64,000 nt of DNA from sequence record OK040170.1, one strand, 5' to 3'. A model generated the notes under the pieces. The model saw only the letters and a program-made list of their open reading frames with translations. It had not been told where the DNA came from and did not search any database. Every line of letters begins with the position of its first letter. Positions within the stretch are counted from its first letter, which is position 1. Shown one piece after another: positions 1 through 8,728 of the stretch. The translations under genes were made by a program, and so were the position numbers.

Positions 1-2
1 CA

Positions 3-1619
3 ACGTACGGTAACCTTGTCATCGATAAGTTGAATCTGTTCAACATGGACGGATATAACCCTAACGTTGTTCTTAACGGTATCTTGATGATTGCATCGGG
101 TTCACGTTTTAACTTCATGATGGCAACTAACTTCAATGGCCGGGCTATCCATTTCGCTGACTCTTACGATAACGTAATGGGCGACATTCGAGTAATGTGG
201 TCTGGGAACCAAAGCGCCTTTGCATTAGAAGTTGGTGCATGGAAAGCTGACAGTACGTCTAGTCGCGATGAATCTAACGCCAATACATTCTTGGCAGTAA
301 TGGCGCATAACTGCCGTGAGAAGTCGTGGTTGATTGCTGGTAGTAAAACCAACGTTGTCCGTATTCACGACGAGGCAATCTTGTCCACTACGGCAACTCC
401 GAGTAATCCTATCGGGATTGAGTCACGAAATGGTTACGGGTATACCTCGTGCTACTTCTCTTCAATCGGCGGTCACTTAGGCGATGTCAGTTTCGCTACT
501 TTCGACAAGGCGTCTACCGTTAAACCAGTATTGACGATTGGTTCTTCGGTCACTTGTAGTTGCGACAATATCGCTTCTGGTCGTGATGGTGCGAACGTTG
601 CGGTTATCTCAGGTGATCCAGGTCCAAGTGGCGCTGGTACTATCGCATCTGTTACCTGTAATGAATTCCGTACACTGGCCAACGCCAGGACTGCGACTAC
701 TGCGCTGGTTTGTAACAACGCAATACTCGTGGATCCTAGCTCCCCTATTTTGTCAGGGACGATCAACGGAGATTTAACGTTGATGTCTAGTGCTACTTGG
801 ATAGGTCTGAGTAATCTTCGCGTTGGCGGCGTGACCAATGTTGGGACACCTGCGATGTTTAGTAACTGTACGTTCAACGGTTTACTGAATATCACGTTCG
901 ATAACTTCGGCACCATCCTTAACCGGATGCGCCATACGTTCGAACACTGTAAAATAAACGACGCCGTTAAGTCAGATACGTCGAAAGTCATTTTCCGAGA
1001 TTGCTCACTTATTTCGACTAAAGACTTTACTATTACGGGTGCGGGTGAAGGAGTACGCTTTGAGTCTAGTCGCATTAACATGAACGTCATCATGGACAAT
1101 AAAGCTAGTCTTGAATTCATCGACTCTGAGGCGAATGGGACTAACGTCGCTACCAGTTCTACCGGTACAATTTTAGTTTCTAACTCTAGCTGGTCGACCG
1201 GTGCAATTAATGCTACCGCAGCTACGCAAGTTATTATCCGTGAAGGTTCGGTAATGCAAGCCTTGAACGGTGTAGTTAATCTTAGAGTTATCGACTCAAC
1301 GGTTGCTTCTCCGTTTACGTTGGGTAATAACGCTCGTGTTTGGTTGTCTAATGCAAACATGAATGATGTAACGATTTCTGGCACAGGTATTAACTTGGAT
1401 GCCGATAAAACGTTCTTCAACCGTTTCGTATTTGATAGCGGCAAAACCAATACCGGTGCGTGGCGTATCTCTCAAGATTGCGTTGCGTGGACAACTGCTA
1501 ACTGGGTTGTTCCTACCGTTGTATCGGGCTACGGTGTACGTACTTACGATATATCTACTGGTACAATTTATAAGGTTGTCTCTGGAGCATGGAAAGTAGT
1601 AACTGAAAGTACAGCGTAA
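3..1619 (+). CDS. Virion tail/beta-helix protein, 5'-truncated by the window edge
   Basis: Frame is open from base 3. Long Asn/Ser/Thr/Gly-rich beta-solenoid-like sequence. C-terminus 'TYDISTGTIYKVVSGAWK' is typical of tail fibre/spike ends. Confidence 0.6.
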   Translation, partial: TYGNLVIDKLNLFNMDGYNPNVVLNGILMIASGSRFNFMMATNFNGRAIHFADSYDNVMGDIRVMWSGNQSAFALEVGAWKADSTSSRDESNANTFLAVMAHNCREKSWLIAGSKTNVVRIHDEAILSTTATPSNPIGIESRNGYGYTSCYFSSIGGHLGDVSFATFDKASTVKPVLTIGSSVTCSCDNIASGRDGANVAVISGDPGPSGAGTIASVTCNEFRTLANARTATTALVCNNAILVDPSSPILSGTINGDLTLMSSATWIGLSNLRVGGVTNVGTPAMFSNCTFNGLLNITFDNFGTILNRMRHTFEHCKINDAVKSDTSKVIFRDCSLISTKDFTITGAGEGVRFESSRINMNVIMDNKASLEFIDSEANGTNVATSSTGTILVSNSSWSTGAINATAATQVIIREGSVMQALNGVVNLRVIDSTVASPFTLGNNARVWLSNANMNDVTISGTGINLDADKTFFNRFVFDSGKTNTGAWRISQDCVAWTTANWVVPTVVSGYGVRTYDISTGTIYKVVSGAWKVVTESTA

Positions 1620-1626
1620 GATAAAT

Positions 1627-1656
1627 ACGATGGTCCGGATCTACTCCGGCCATCGT
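1627..1656 (+). terminator. Hairpin between two tail genes
   Basis: ACGATGG-T-CCGGA-TCTAC-TCCGG-CCATCGT immediately after the stop codon. Confidence 0.6.
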
Positions 1657-1661
1657 GTTCC

Positions 1662-1665
1662 TATG
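1662..1665 (+). promoter_or_regulatory. Candidate phiKZ-type late promoter core (TATG)
   Basis: TTCCTATGAA about 35 nt before the tailspike ATG. The same TTCCTATGAA occurs on the - strand before the 55727 gene. Confidence 0.45.
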
Positions 1666-1697
1666 AATATCTACAGCCTTACAATAGGACTAAACAC

Positions 1698-3515
1698 ATG
1701 GCAATCACTGGCATTGGGGCGGAGAACACCAGGACTTACCCTGTAGAGAATGTCACTGCATTACGTGCAGTTGTACCTCAAGCAGATGGTCAGTTATTTG
1801 AAATGGTCGGTGCTCCGATCGATAACGGTACAGGGCGTAACCAAAAAGGTGGCGTGTTCCGTTACTACGCAGATCTCAACATCGCCGATTATCCAGATGA
1901 CGGCGGTTACTTTATTAAACCGGGAGCAGGTACTGGTGTTCTGATTCGTCAGCACGAACCTAACGAGTTCTTTGTTGATTGGTGGATCACTTCCCCAGAT
2001 ACAGACTTCGCGTTCGCTATGACTCGTCTACAGGCTTGTCTGGTTAAATTAAACTTAGACTACCCTGTATTGGTCAGAGCAACCGGCCCAACCTACAAGT
2101 TGGCTTCTACGTTGAACATCGACGTTACTTACGCCGACTATAACTTCGAAGATTGTAAATTCATCTGGACGACTAACCCAGCCGTTGCAGTGCAGTTCTC
2201 TGCATCTAAAGATGTCGGACCTAAACGCGTCATCGTTTCCCCACGTACCTATTTCCGGGGCGGTATCTTTGCAGGAGCAGGCGGGGTAGCTAAGGGAACT
2301 AACGTAGGGTTCGATTGTTCCTTTGCTCGCGGTAACATTGCAGGGGTAAACTTCGAGAACGTGACAATCACTGGATTTGACCGTACCGTTTCTTACGGTT
2401 CGAATGCGTACATGTATAGCTGGACCGGGTGTCGTTTCGGTGGTGGTGTTGCAATCCACACCAAAGCTAACGCCAGTAACTTCGGCGAAAACATGAACTA
2501 CCATAACTGCGTATTCGGAGATATGTACCGATTCATGGATATGGATACGGGTGGTGGTTTCTACTTCCATAACTGTAGTTTCGACTATAGCGGGGAGAAT
2601 GATGCTGCGGTTCCATTATTCCGGGTATCTGGTCAAATCAACTTCAATAGCTGTCACTTTGAATGGGGTAATGCCAACCGACCTAACTCCGGTAACTCGG
2701 TATTCCGTTTAGGCGGAGATTCCACTTACGTAGTTATTCGCGACGGTATTATCTTACTTAACGATAATGCGGCTACGGTGCATGACTACTGGTTTAACTT
2801 TGGTAGCTCTGGCGCAGCAGCGGCGATCCTCGATACTTACGTTTACGGTGCGCGGTTTAGTAAGGCATGGGGTTCTCGTGATTTCGAGATGAAGGTCAAG
2901 ACTAATGGTAACGGGAATACACCTAACGTACCCGCTAACATTACGTCCAAACGTACGGAAGCCTCATTACTGATCGACCCAACCATGAACGATGTAACCT
3001 TACCCGATTTCTGGACAGTGGGTGAATTCGATGGCACTGATCCCTCACGTACTCGTTTGAAATCGCCTAGTCGTCAAGTTGTAGCTAACGGAGATGGTAC
3101 TGTTACTTTCGTAGCATTAGCTAAGTCGAATGAACAGCCGGGTATGCTCTTCCCAGTAAAGGATTTAGAAGTACCGGTAATTAACTTCGATTATAAAGTG
3201 AAACATACTCCTGCCAACTTCAACGCATTCGTTACGTGGTTCTGGACTCGAGTGGAAGGTGACACTCGTGGCTACCGAGTAGTGAAGCGAGTTCAGGCGA
3301 CAATGCTTGGTCAGCAAACTCTGACACAGAACCCCGACTTCCAGCCAGCAGTCCCTACTTCGGCCTATACTTTCCGTTGGCCGATTAAACCACGTTGGGC
3401 TACTCACATGGAGTTCAGGATTAACATGTCTCAGTTTGAAGCAGCTTCCGATGGAACACCTAACGGGGTAAGTATCCGGAACCTTTACCACAACTACTTT
3501 AACAGCTCAATGTAG
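1698..3515 (+). CDS. Tailspike / putative exopolysaccharide depolymerase (pectate-lyase-like beta-helix)
   Basis: N-terminal 'VENVTALRAV...GGVF...DDGG' tailspike head motif. Beta-helix core 'GENMNYHNCVFG...FHNCSFDY' is shared with 53550-55727. Has an RBS. Confidence 0.7.
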   Translation: MAITGIGAENTRTYPVENVTALRAVVPQADGQLFEMVGAPIDNGTGRNQKGGVFRYYADLNIADYPDDGGYFIKPGAGTGVLIRQHEPNEFFVDWWITSPDTDFAFAMTRLQACLVKLNLDYPVLVRATGPTYKLASTLNIDVTYADYNFEDCKFIWTTNPAVAVQFSASKDVGPKRVIVSPRTYFRGGIFAGAGGVAKGTNVGFDCSFARGNIAGVNFENVTITGFDRTVSYGSNAYMYSWTGCRFGGGVAIHTKANASNFGENMNYHNCVFGDMYRFMDMDTGGGFYFHNCSFDYSGENDAAVPLFRVSGQINFNSCHFEWGNANRPNSGNSVFRLGGDSTYVVIRDGIILLNDNAATVHDYWFNFGSSGAAAAILDTYVYGARFSKAWGSRDFEMKVKTNGNGNTPNVPANITSKRTEASLLIDPTMNDVTLPDFWTVGEFDGTDPSRTRLKSPSRQVVANGDGTVTFVALAKSNEQPGMLFPVKDLEVPVINFDYKVKHTPANFNAFVTWFWTRVEGDTRGYRVVKRVQATMLGQQTLTQNPDFQPAVPTSAYTFRWPIKPRWATHMEFRINMSQFEAASDGTPNGVSIRNLYHNYFNSSM

Positions 3516-3543
3516 TTTTGGCCATTTCCAAATAATTTGAGAT

Positions 3544-3561
3544 CTATATACCCCGTGTGAA
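3544..3561 (+). promoter_or_regulatory. Early-type phage promoter (variant copy)
   Basis: CTATATACCCCGTGTGAA resembles the CTATAT-H-AC-N5-Y-GAA motif repeated in this window. Confidence 0.55.
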
Positions 3562-3648
3562 TAAGGAAATAAGACAACCATATTCATTCACTTTAACTTA
3601 ACAGTGTTAGGTCAACCTTCCGGAAAAAGCTAGACCAAAACATTATAC

Positions 3649-3674
3649 GAGCAGGGGATTAATTTCCCCTGCTC
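3649..3674 (+). terminator. Intrinsic terminator hairpin
   Basis: GAGCAGGGGA-TTAAT-TTCCCCTGCTC followed by TATTTT. Confidence 0.7.
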
Positions 3675-3705
3675 TATTTTCCATTTTAATAAAAAGGAGC
3701 AACAC

Positions 3706-3909
3706 TTGCAAACTCAAGCTATGTCATTTAACGACGCCTACAACATGCTGGCTAATACTTATCTTAAACGCGGCATTGATATCAGTCGCACAATTAAATG
3801 TAACTGCGCCCATTGTGGCGAGGTTCACGACCGTCTCGCTACTGTGCCTTTGACCGGTAACGAGATTTGCTTCCAGTGCACTTATCGTAAACTGACAGAA
3901 TCCAAATAG
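3706..3909 (+). CDS. Small Cys-rich (possible Zn-finger) protein
   Basis: RBS AAGGAG. CxCxxC...CxxC pattern. Start may be TTG 3706 or ATG 3721. Confidence 0.6.
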   Translation: MQTQAMSFNDAYNMLANTYLKRGIDISRTIKCNCAHCGEVHDRLATVPLTGNEICFQCTYRKLTESK

Positions 3910-3917
3910 GAGATGTC

Positions 3918-4172
3918 ATGGATCTTAAAAACCATCCCAGACCTAATCAGAAAACGACTATCTGGGAAGCACCCGGTAAAATAAAAACCAAACTTCCTTA
4001 CCCCCATACTCGTATAGAGCGATACCATGAACTTCGAGCTATGGCAGATGAAGCTGGGAACGATTATACTCTGAGGCAGTTCATCGGTTGTAAAATATTC
4101 GATTTATTGGCGATTACCGATGAGCAGTACCAGAGCAGGATCGAGTACGAACACAAATACCTCTCGCATTAA
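3918..4172 (+). CDS. Hypothetical protein, paralogue of 4207-4563
   Basis: RBS GGAG. 'TKLPYPHTRIERYHEL' motif shared with the next gene. Confidence 0.7.
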   Translation: MDLKNHPRPNQKTTIWEAPGKIKTKLPYPHTRIERYHELRAMADEAGNDYTLRQFIGCKIFDLLAITDEQYQSRIEYEHKYLSH

Positions 4173-4206
4173 TAAACCAATTCCTAAAACCTTTCAGGAG
4201 AATACC

Positions 4207-4563
4207 ATGAGCAACAATATCCGTCATTCGCAAGCTTATTACAGTTCCAAACACCATCCAGTAGTATTAGAGGCCCAACGGGAAGCTGGCACCAAACTCC
4301 CGTATCCGCATACGCGAGCCGAACGTATCGAAGAACTCAAGCTCCAACTTAGTACAGTTGAACCAGATACCTACTTGGAGCGTTTCGTTAAATCTTACCT
4401 CTACGAAGCAGAAAGCTTGTCTGATGAAGAGTATCGGGTAAAGATTGACGACAAAGCTAACTTTGACGCTTTAGTCAAAGAGGAAGAAGAAAAGGCCTTA
4501 TCGCGAAAAACGGCAGCCGGAACAGTCACAGGTTTTGTGGGCGTTAAAGTTCGCGAAGATTAA
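4207..4563 (+). CDS. Hypothetical protein, paralogue of 3918-4172
   Basis: RBS CAGGAG before ATG 4207, preferred over the track start at 4120. Contains 'TKLPYPHTRAERIEEL'. Confidence 0.75.
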   Translation: MSNNIRHSQAYYSSKHHPVVLEAQREAGTKLPYPHTRAERIEELKLQLSTVEPDTYLERFVKSYLYEAESLSDEEYRVKIDDKANFDALVKEEEEKALSRKTAAGTVTGFVGVKVRED

Positions 4564-4618
4564 TCGTTAATAACCAGTTAAACTCTCTAAACCAAACTCA
4601 ATTAACAAGGAATTAAAA

Positions 4619-5200
4619 ATGTCTACTATCATCAATACTCCAAACAACAAAACTGTTTCTAACCGCTTCTTCTACTACACCGTTGCAGCCTTCGCTGTCT
4701 TCGCAACCATCGTCGGCATATCCGAAAACGATACCGTCAACCTGATCGCTTGGGTTGTTCTCATGGTCGTCAACGTTAACCTGGCGCATTGCGATAACGA
4801 AGAAGTAAAAGCTGCCGGTTACAAACCAACTACCGTCTGGCTGAATATGCTGCTCTCTCCTATCGGCTGGGGTATCGTTCGTGTTATCCGTACCCGTAAC
4901 GGCGGCTTCCATAACTTCAAAGGCATCATCGGTTATGTTGTCGGTGTTCTGGCAGTATTGATGGTTCTGGGCCTGGCCACTGAGCCTAACGAAGACGAAG
5001 CAATTGCAACCCGCACTTGTGAAATCATCAACGAACAAACTGAGCCATTCTTCCTGGAAGGCGTTAAATGCGATCACGCTGAGTTCGACAGCAAACCAGG
5101 CAAATACACCTGGGTCATTAACGTGTACAAAACCGATGGTGACGTTACCATGGTAAACGCACGCTACGACGCTAAGAACGATATGATCACCGTGTTCTAA
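4619..5200 (+). CDS. Membrane protein (several TM helices plus a soluble C-terminal domain)
   Basis: Strong RBS, biased codons, hydrophobic segments, two Cys in the C-terminal domain. Confidence 0.75.
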   Translation: MSTIINTPNNKTVSNRFFYYTVAAFAVFATIVGISENDTVNLIAWVVLMVVNVNLAHCDNEEVKAAGYKPTTVWLNMLLSPIGWGIVRVIRTRNGGFHNFKGIIGYVVGVLAVLMVLGLATEPNEDEAIATRTCEIINEQTEPFFLEGVKCDHAEFDSKPGKYTWVINVYKTDGDVTMVNARYDAKNDMITVF

Positions 5201-5264
5201 AGTCTTACGCTCCCTTGGTTACTATGGACATTATATCCGTTGTAGCTTAGGGAGCTAATAGACT

Positions 5265-5471
5265 ATGGGACGTTCTATTTTTGTTGAGTCTATCCATGAG
5301 GCGCTTTCTTTAGTGCCTGACGAGAATCTGCCACTGGCGCTGGAAGCGATTGAATTGCTCAGCGACCGCACACCTCCATGGGAAGACTTGACGCATGAGG
5401 AACAGCTGAAAGGCGTGTTGTCTCATGTTGTACCTTTCGGTTGGGTACAAGAAGAATTTGTACCGATATAA
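5265..5471 (+). CDS. Hypothetical protein
   Basis: RBS AGGGAG lies inside a long hairpin. Followed by a terminator. Confidence 0.65.
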   Translation: MGRSIFVESIHEALSLVPDENLPLALEAIELLSDRTPPWEDLTHEEQLKGVLSHVVPFGWVQEEFVPI

Positions 5472-5479
5472 CAGCATAG

Positions 5480-5503
5480 GGAGAGTAGCCGCGGCTACTC
5501 TCC
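5480..5503. terminator. Bidirectional terminator between convergent genes
   Basis: GGAGAGTAGCC-GC-GGCTACTCTCC perfect inverted repeat between the 5471(+) and 5515(-) stops. Confidence 0.7.
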
Positions 5504-5514
5504 TTTATGTCGAC

Positions 5515-5718
5515 TTAGAGGCTATTGACTACCTGAGTAAAACCTTGAGTATCCTTAACCAAGAAGTCACCAACCTTAGGCTGATGTTTTTCCATGAACC
5601 ATTTCATAAATGACTCTTTAGAGCCACCTTCGAAATGGAGAACCGTAAGTTCACGGCTAGTTTTGGACGGAGTAATGTTTTCAATTTTACGTGCAGTTTC
5701 TACTACTAACTGATTCAT
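5515..5718 (-). CDS. Hypothetical protein on the minority strand
   Basis: Fills an otherwise empty gap, overlaps 5715-5927 by ATGA, and ends at the bidirectional hairpin. Confidence 0.55.
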   Translation of the reverse strand: MNQLVVETARKIENITPSKTSRELTVLHFEGGSKESFMKWFMEKHQPKVGDFLVKDTQGFTQVVNSL

Positions 5719-5927
5719 TGATCTGACCTTAATGGAAATTTTAATTTTGGGTAATTCATAAGATATGAGATTACATTCTCATTATGAATTGAACCTGACA
5801 TCATTATTGAGAGGTACCTAATGGCCAGTAAGAGTAGAATAAAAAGGATCGAAAGTAAGAAGTTAAACGCAACGCCAAGAGCGCCTATAAAGGACTCTGT
5901 TGCACTCAACCCGGATGACATGGACAA
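5715..5927 (-). CDS. Putative small membrane protein
   Basis: One long hydrophobic segment. Stop overlaps the start of the next - strand ORF. Confidence 0.45.
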   Translation of the reverse strand: MSMSSGLSATESFIGALGVAFNFLLSILFILLLLAIRYLSIMMSGSIHNENVISYLMNYPKLKFPLRSDQ

Positions 5928-5994
5928 GATGTCATCTAAAACAATTGCGCGCTTAGAAAGGCGTACAAAGCTTATTTATTGAGGAATCAAAAAG

Positions 5995-6228
5995 ATGACC
6001 CGTAAAGCATTTTACATCATTGCAGCAATCATTTTGGTAATCGGCTGGGCAGTTGTAGGTTACTGTATCTACGACGCGTTCCATCAGGTTAGTGCCTGGT
6101 ATATTTTCGGTAACGTGGCCTGCGCTATTATGGTCTTTATCTGGATGGGCGCGTTGATCGTTGCGGTTGGTATGCAAGTAAAACCAACTAAAATGGAACA
6201 CGCCCATGACAAAGCCGGAAACTACTGA
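5995..6228 (+). CDS. Two-TM membrane protein
   Basis: RBS GAGGA; two hydrophobic helices. Confidence 0.7.
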   Translation: MTRKAFYIIAAIILVIGWAVVGYCIYDAFHQVSAWYIFGNVACAIMVFIWMGALIVAVGMQVKPTKMEHAHDKAGNY

Positions 6229-6526
6229 CCAAGCGATGGCGAAGCTGTTTGAAAGATGGCAGCGTAATCTTGAGACAGCAATCTACCATGTGTACATTAA
6301 AGTCATCCCTTACGACTTTGATACACTTTGTACTTTAATGCACCGTGAGATGGGATTATCGGGTGGCGCTGGCGCAGATGTGGTCGATGGCCGCTACGTT
6401 AAAGTCTACGGTAAGTTTTACGAAGACAAATATCGGATCATGTTCAAAGTAGAACAAGATACGCCGATATACATGTTCTTCACGGAAGATGATATTCGTG
6501 CAGTTTATAATCGTTTCGTCAAGTGA
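6206..6526 (+). CDS. Hypothetical protein
   Basis: Coupled to the previous gene; terminator follows. Confidence 0.65.
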   Translation: MTKPETTDQAMAKLFERWQRNLETAIYHVYIKVIPYDFDTLCTLMHREMGLSGGAGADVVDGRYVKVYGKFYEDKYRIMFKVEQDTPIYMFFTEDDIRAVYNRFVK

Positions 6527-6529
6527 GTG

Positions 6530-6567
6530 CTAGAGCGGAAGTGTCCTTTATGGGCACTCCGCTCTAG
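6530..6567 (+). terminator. Long terminator hairpin
   Basis: CTAGAGCGGA-A-GTGTCC-TTTAT-GGGCAC-TCCGCTCTAG followed by TTATTT. Confidence 0.7.
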
Positions 6568-6610
6568 TTATTTGTACCTGCCTTTTATTTTTTGACACTA
6601 GCTCGCTTAC

Positions 6611-6614
6611 TATG
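6611..6614 (+). promoter_or_regulatory. Candidate late promoter core (TATG)
   Basis: TATG in the intergenic region upstream of the virion gene at 6667. Confidence 0.4.
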
Positions 6615-6666
6615 ACACCTTATAAAACCCCATTCCTGAGCATGTTACAGGAGAAGGAAACTTGCC

Positions 6667-8718
6667 ATGGTTGACTTAACCAAAGACGCTAAACTCATTG
6701 CGATTGACCTCATCAATGAAGCTAACGGAACTAACTTTACCGATAAAACTATCGCGTTGTCAGGGCCGGTTGTAAACAACTTCGTGTTGAACGGTCTGAA
6801 TACGGAAGTTACTGCTTCGCCTAACGCAGGTGATAGCAATGACATTCCGGTAACTACTTATTATTCCCGTCTCCATCTGAACCATTTGCTGGAACGTCCT
6901 TACGCCGCCTTAGAGAACCAAGCACCTTCTCGCCTGGCTGGTTTACTTCCTTCTATCAACGCTAAGTATCGCCTCGGTCTGACCGCTGCAGATATCGTTG
7001 ATGGCCCGTATCGTCCTGACGATGTAGCGACTGGTATTCGTCACGTTCAGATCGAAGCTAACCCGAACAGTTACGGTTACATCGGTAAGACTGACATCTA
7101 TCTGGGTGATAGCGCTCTGGTAGCCGATTGGTTTGAACGTCCTCATTATCAGTTCTCTCGTGACTTCGGCGCAGTTACCTTCATGGGCAACAGCTATAAC
7201 TTCCCTGATACCGATATCCGATTCGCTGGCCCTATTCAGACTATTACTCTCAATAGCCGGATCAAAGCTGTGAGCATCGATACTGACCGCCAATACCGTG
7301 CTTTCGAAAGCTACCCGGTAAACGGTACGTTGGTTGCGCACTTCAATAACGGCGTGATGAAAGAGATCGTTGGTAACCGTGGCGAAACGAGCTACGATGA
7401 AAACGGTATTCTTCTGGATATCATGCCGGATCTCCCTTCCTTCATGGACAACATCCACGAAGATGTACGCATCCTCAAATCGTACGGTAACGGGAACATT
7501 ACCTACAGCACCGACTACGACGTAGGTAAGCGAAAGGCAACTTCTGGTTTGACTTACTACGTTGATAACGTAGCAGGCAACGATCAGAACGATGGTCAGT
7601 CGGAGGGTAAAGCATTCAAGTCGTTTAACCGTGCATTGATGGCAACTCCTGCTGCCCGTATCATCATGGTCAAAGGGACGGATGTTTATTACGATGCCAA
7701 CAACGGCTGGACGAGTTCAGTTAATAACCGTTCTCTGGACGTCATCGGCTTCGGCCCTAAAAAGCCTATCTTCACGGCGACCGTAAACGACCTCACCTGG
7801 AAACAGCAAAGTGAGTCCATGTGGTATACCGACCGTATCCGTTTGGCTGCCTTCGTTGACATGAACAACGTAACGCTGGCCGCTGGCCCAGTCCGTATGA
7901 CCGCTGCTAAGACGCTGGACGACTGCCGTATCAACCAGTCTACCTATTACTTCGACAACGTGTCTGGTCGTACTTACGTTCACTTGTTTGACGATCGTCA
8001 ACCAGATGACAAAGTTCTGGGTATCATGGCAAGTAACTCTGGTCGTACCGAGAACGGGTCTACTGTTTACATGGAAAACCTTCAGTTCCAGTACACTTAC
8101 CGTGGCTTCCAGACTGAAATCACTCAGGCTAAAGTAGTTGGGTATCTGTACGCTAAGAACTGCGACTTCGGCTGGAGCTGGACTGATGCTGGTCTTAACA
8201 GCTGGGGTACTAACGTTGTTACTCAGGGCTGTACCGCTCAGTGGTGTCAGCGTGGCGGTTTCCGTTATAACTCAGACCGCGTAACTCCAACCATGGGTAT
8301 CAAACCTTGGGTTGTTGAAATCGGCGCAGTTGTTAAGCAGTGCGGTTTTGACGGTACTGGTCAGGGCGTAGGTTCCGGTATCTCCGGTAACGTAACTATC
8401 ATGCGTATTGGCGGTAGCTATTCTGATTGCGAAGGTAACTTCGTTCAGGACACCGGTGACAATACCTACTCGCTCAACCTGAGTTTGACTACGTTTAAAT
8501 CTCGGTGGAATAACCCAGATGCGGCCGCGTACACTAACGGCCTGAACTCAGTGCGTGCAGCAGTTGCACATTACTGGAGCTGCACTATGGACAGCAGCGC
8601 TTTGTCTATCTATCCGAAAGGCAAAGGTCAAGCGTTCTTGCACAACACGTTAGTAGGTGCACGTCCCTGCTACCAGCGCGAAACGCCGTATCGTTTTATT
8701 TACACTAAGAAAGGGTAA
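6667..8718 (+). CDS. Virion structural / tail-associated protein (phiKZ-like N-terminal module plus beta-helix)
   Basis: 683 aa. 'YYVDNVAGND...GKAFKSFNRA' beta-helix cap motif. Paralogous along its length to 8729-10795. Confidence 0.65.
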   Translation: MVDLTKDAKLIAIDLINEANGTNFTDKTIALSGPVVNNFVLNGLNTEVTASPNAGDSNDIPVTTYYSRLHLNHLLERPYAALENQAPSRLAGLLPSINAKYRLGLTAADIVDGPYRPDDVATGIRHVQIEANPNSYGYIGKTDIYLGDSALVADWFERPHYQFSRDFGAVTFMGNSYNFPDTDIRFAGPIQTITLNSRIKAVSIDTDRQYRAFESYPVNGTLVAHFNNGVMKEIVGNRGETSYDENGILLDIMPDLPSFMDNIHEDVRILKSYGNGNITYSTDYDVGKRKATSGLTYYVDNVAGNDQNDGQSEGKAFKSFNRALMATPAARIIMVKGTDVYYDANNGWTSSVNNRSLDVIGFGPKKPIFTATVNDLTWKQQSESMWYTDRIRLAAFVDMNNVTLAAGPVRMTAAKTLDDCRINQSTYYFDNVSGRTYVHLFDDRQPDDKVLGIMASNSGRTENGSTVYMENLQFQYTYRGFQTEITQAKVVGYLYAKNCDFGWSWTDAGLNSWGTNVVTQGCTAQWCQRGGFRYNSDRVTPTMGIKPWVVEIGAVVKQCGFDGTGQGVGSGISGNVTIMRIGGSYSDCEGNFVQDTGDNTYSLNLSLTTFKSRWNNPDAAAYTNGLNSVRAAVAHYWSCTMDSSALSIYPKGKGQAFLHNTLVGARPCYQRETPYRFIYTKKG

Positions 8719-8728
8719 GTGAACCAAT

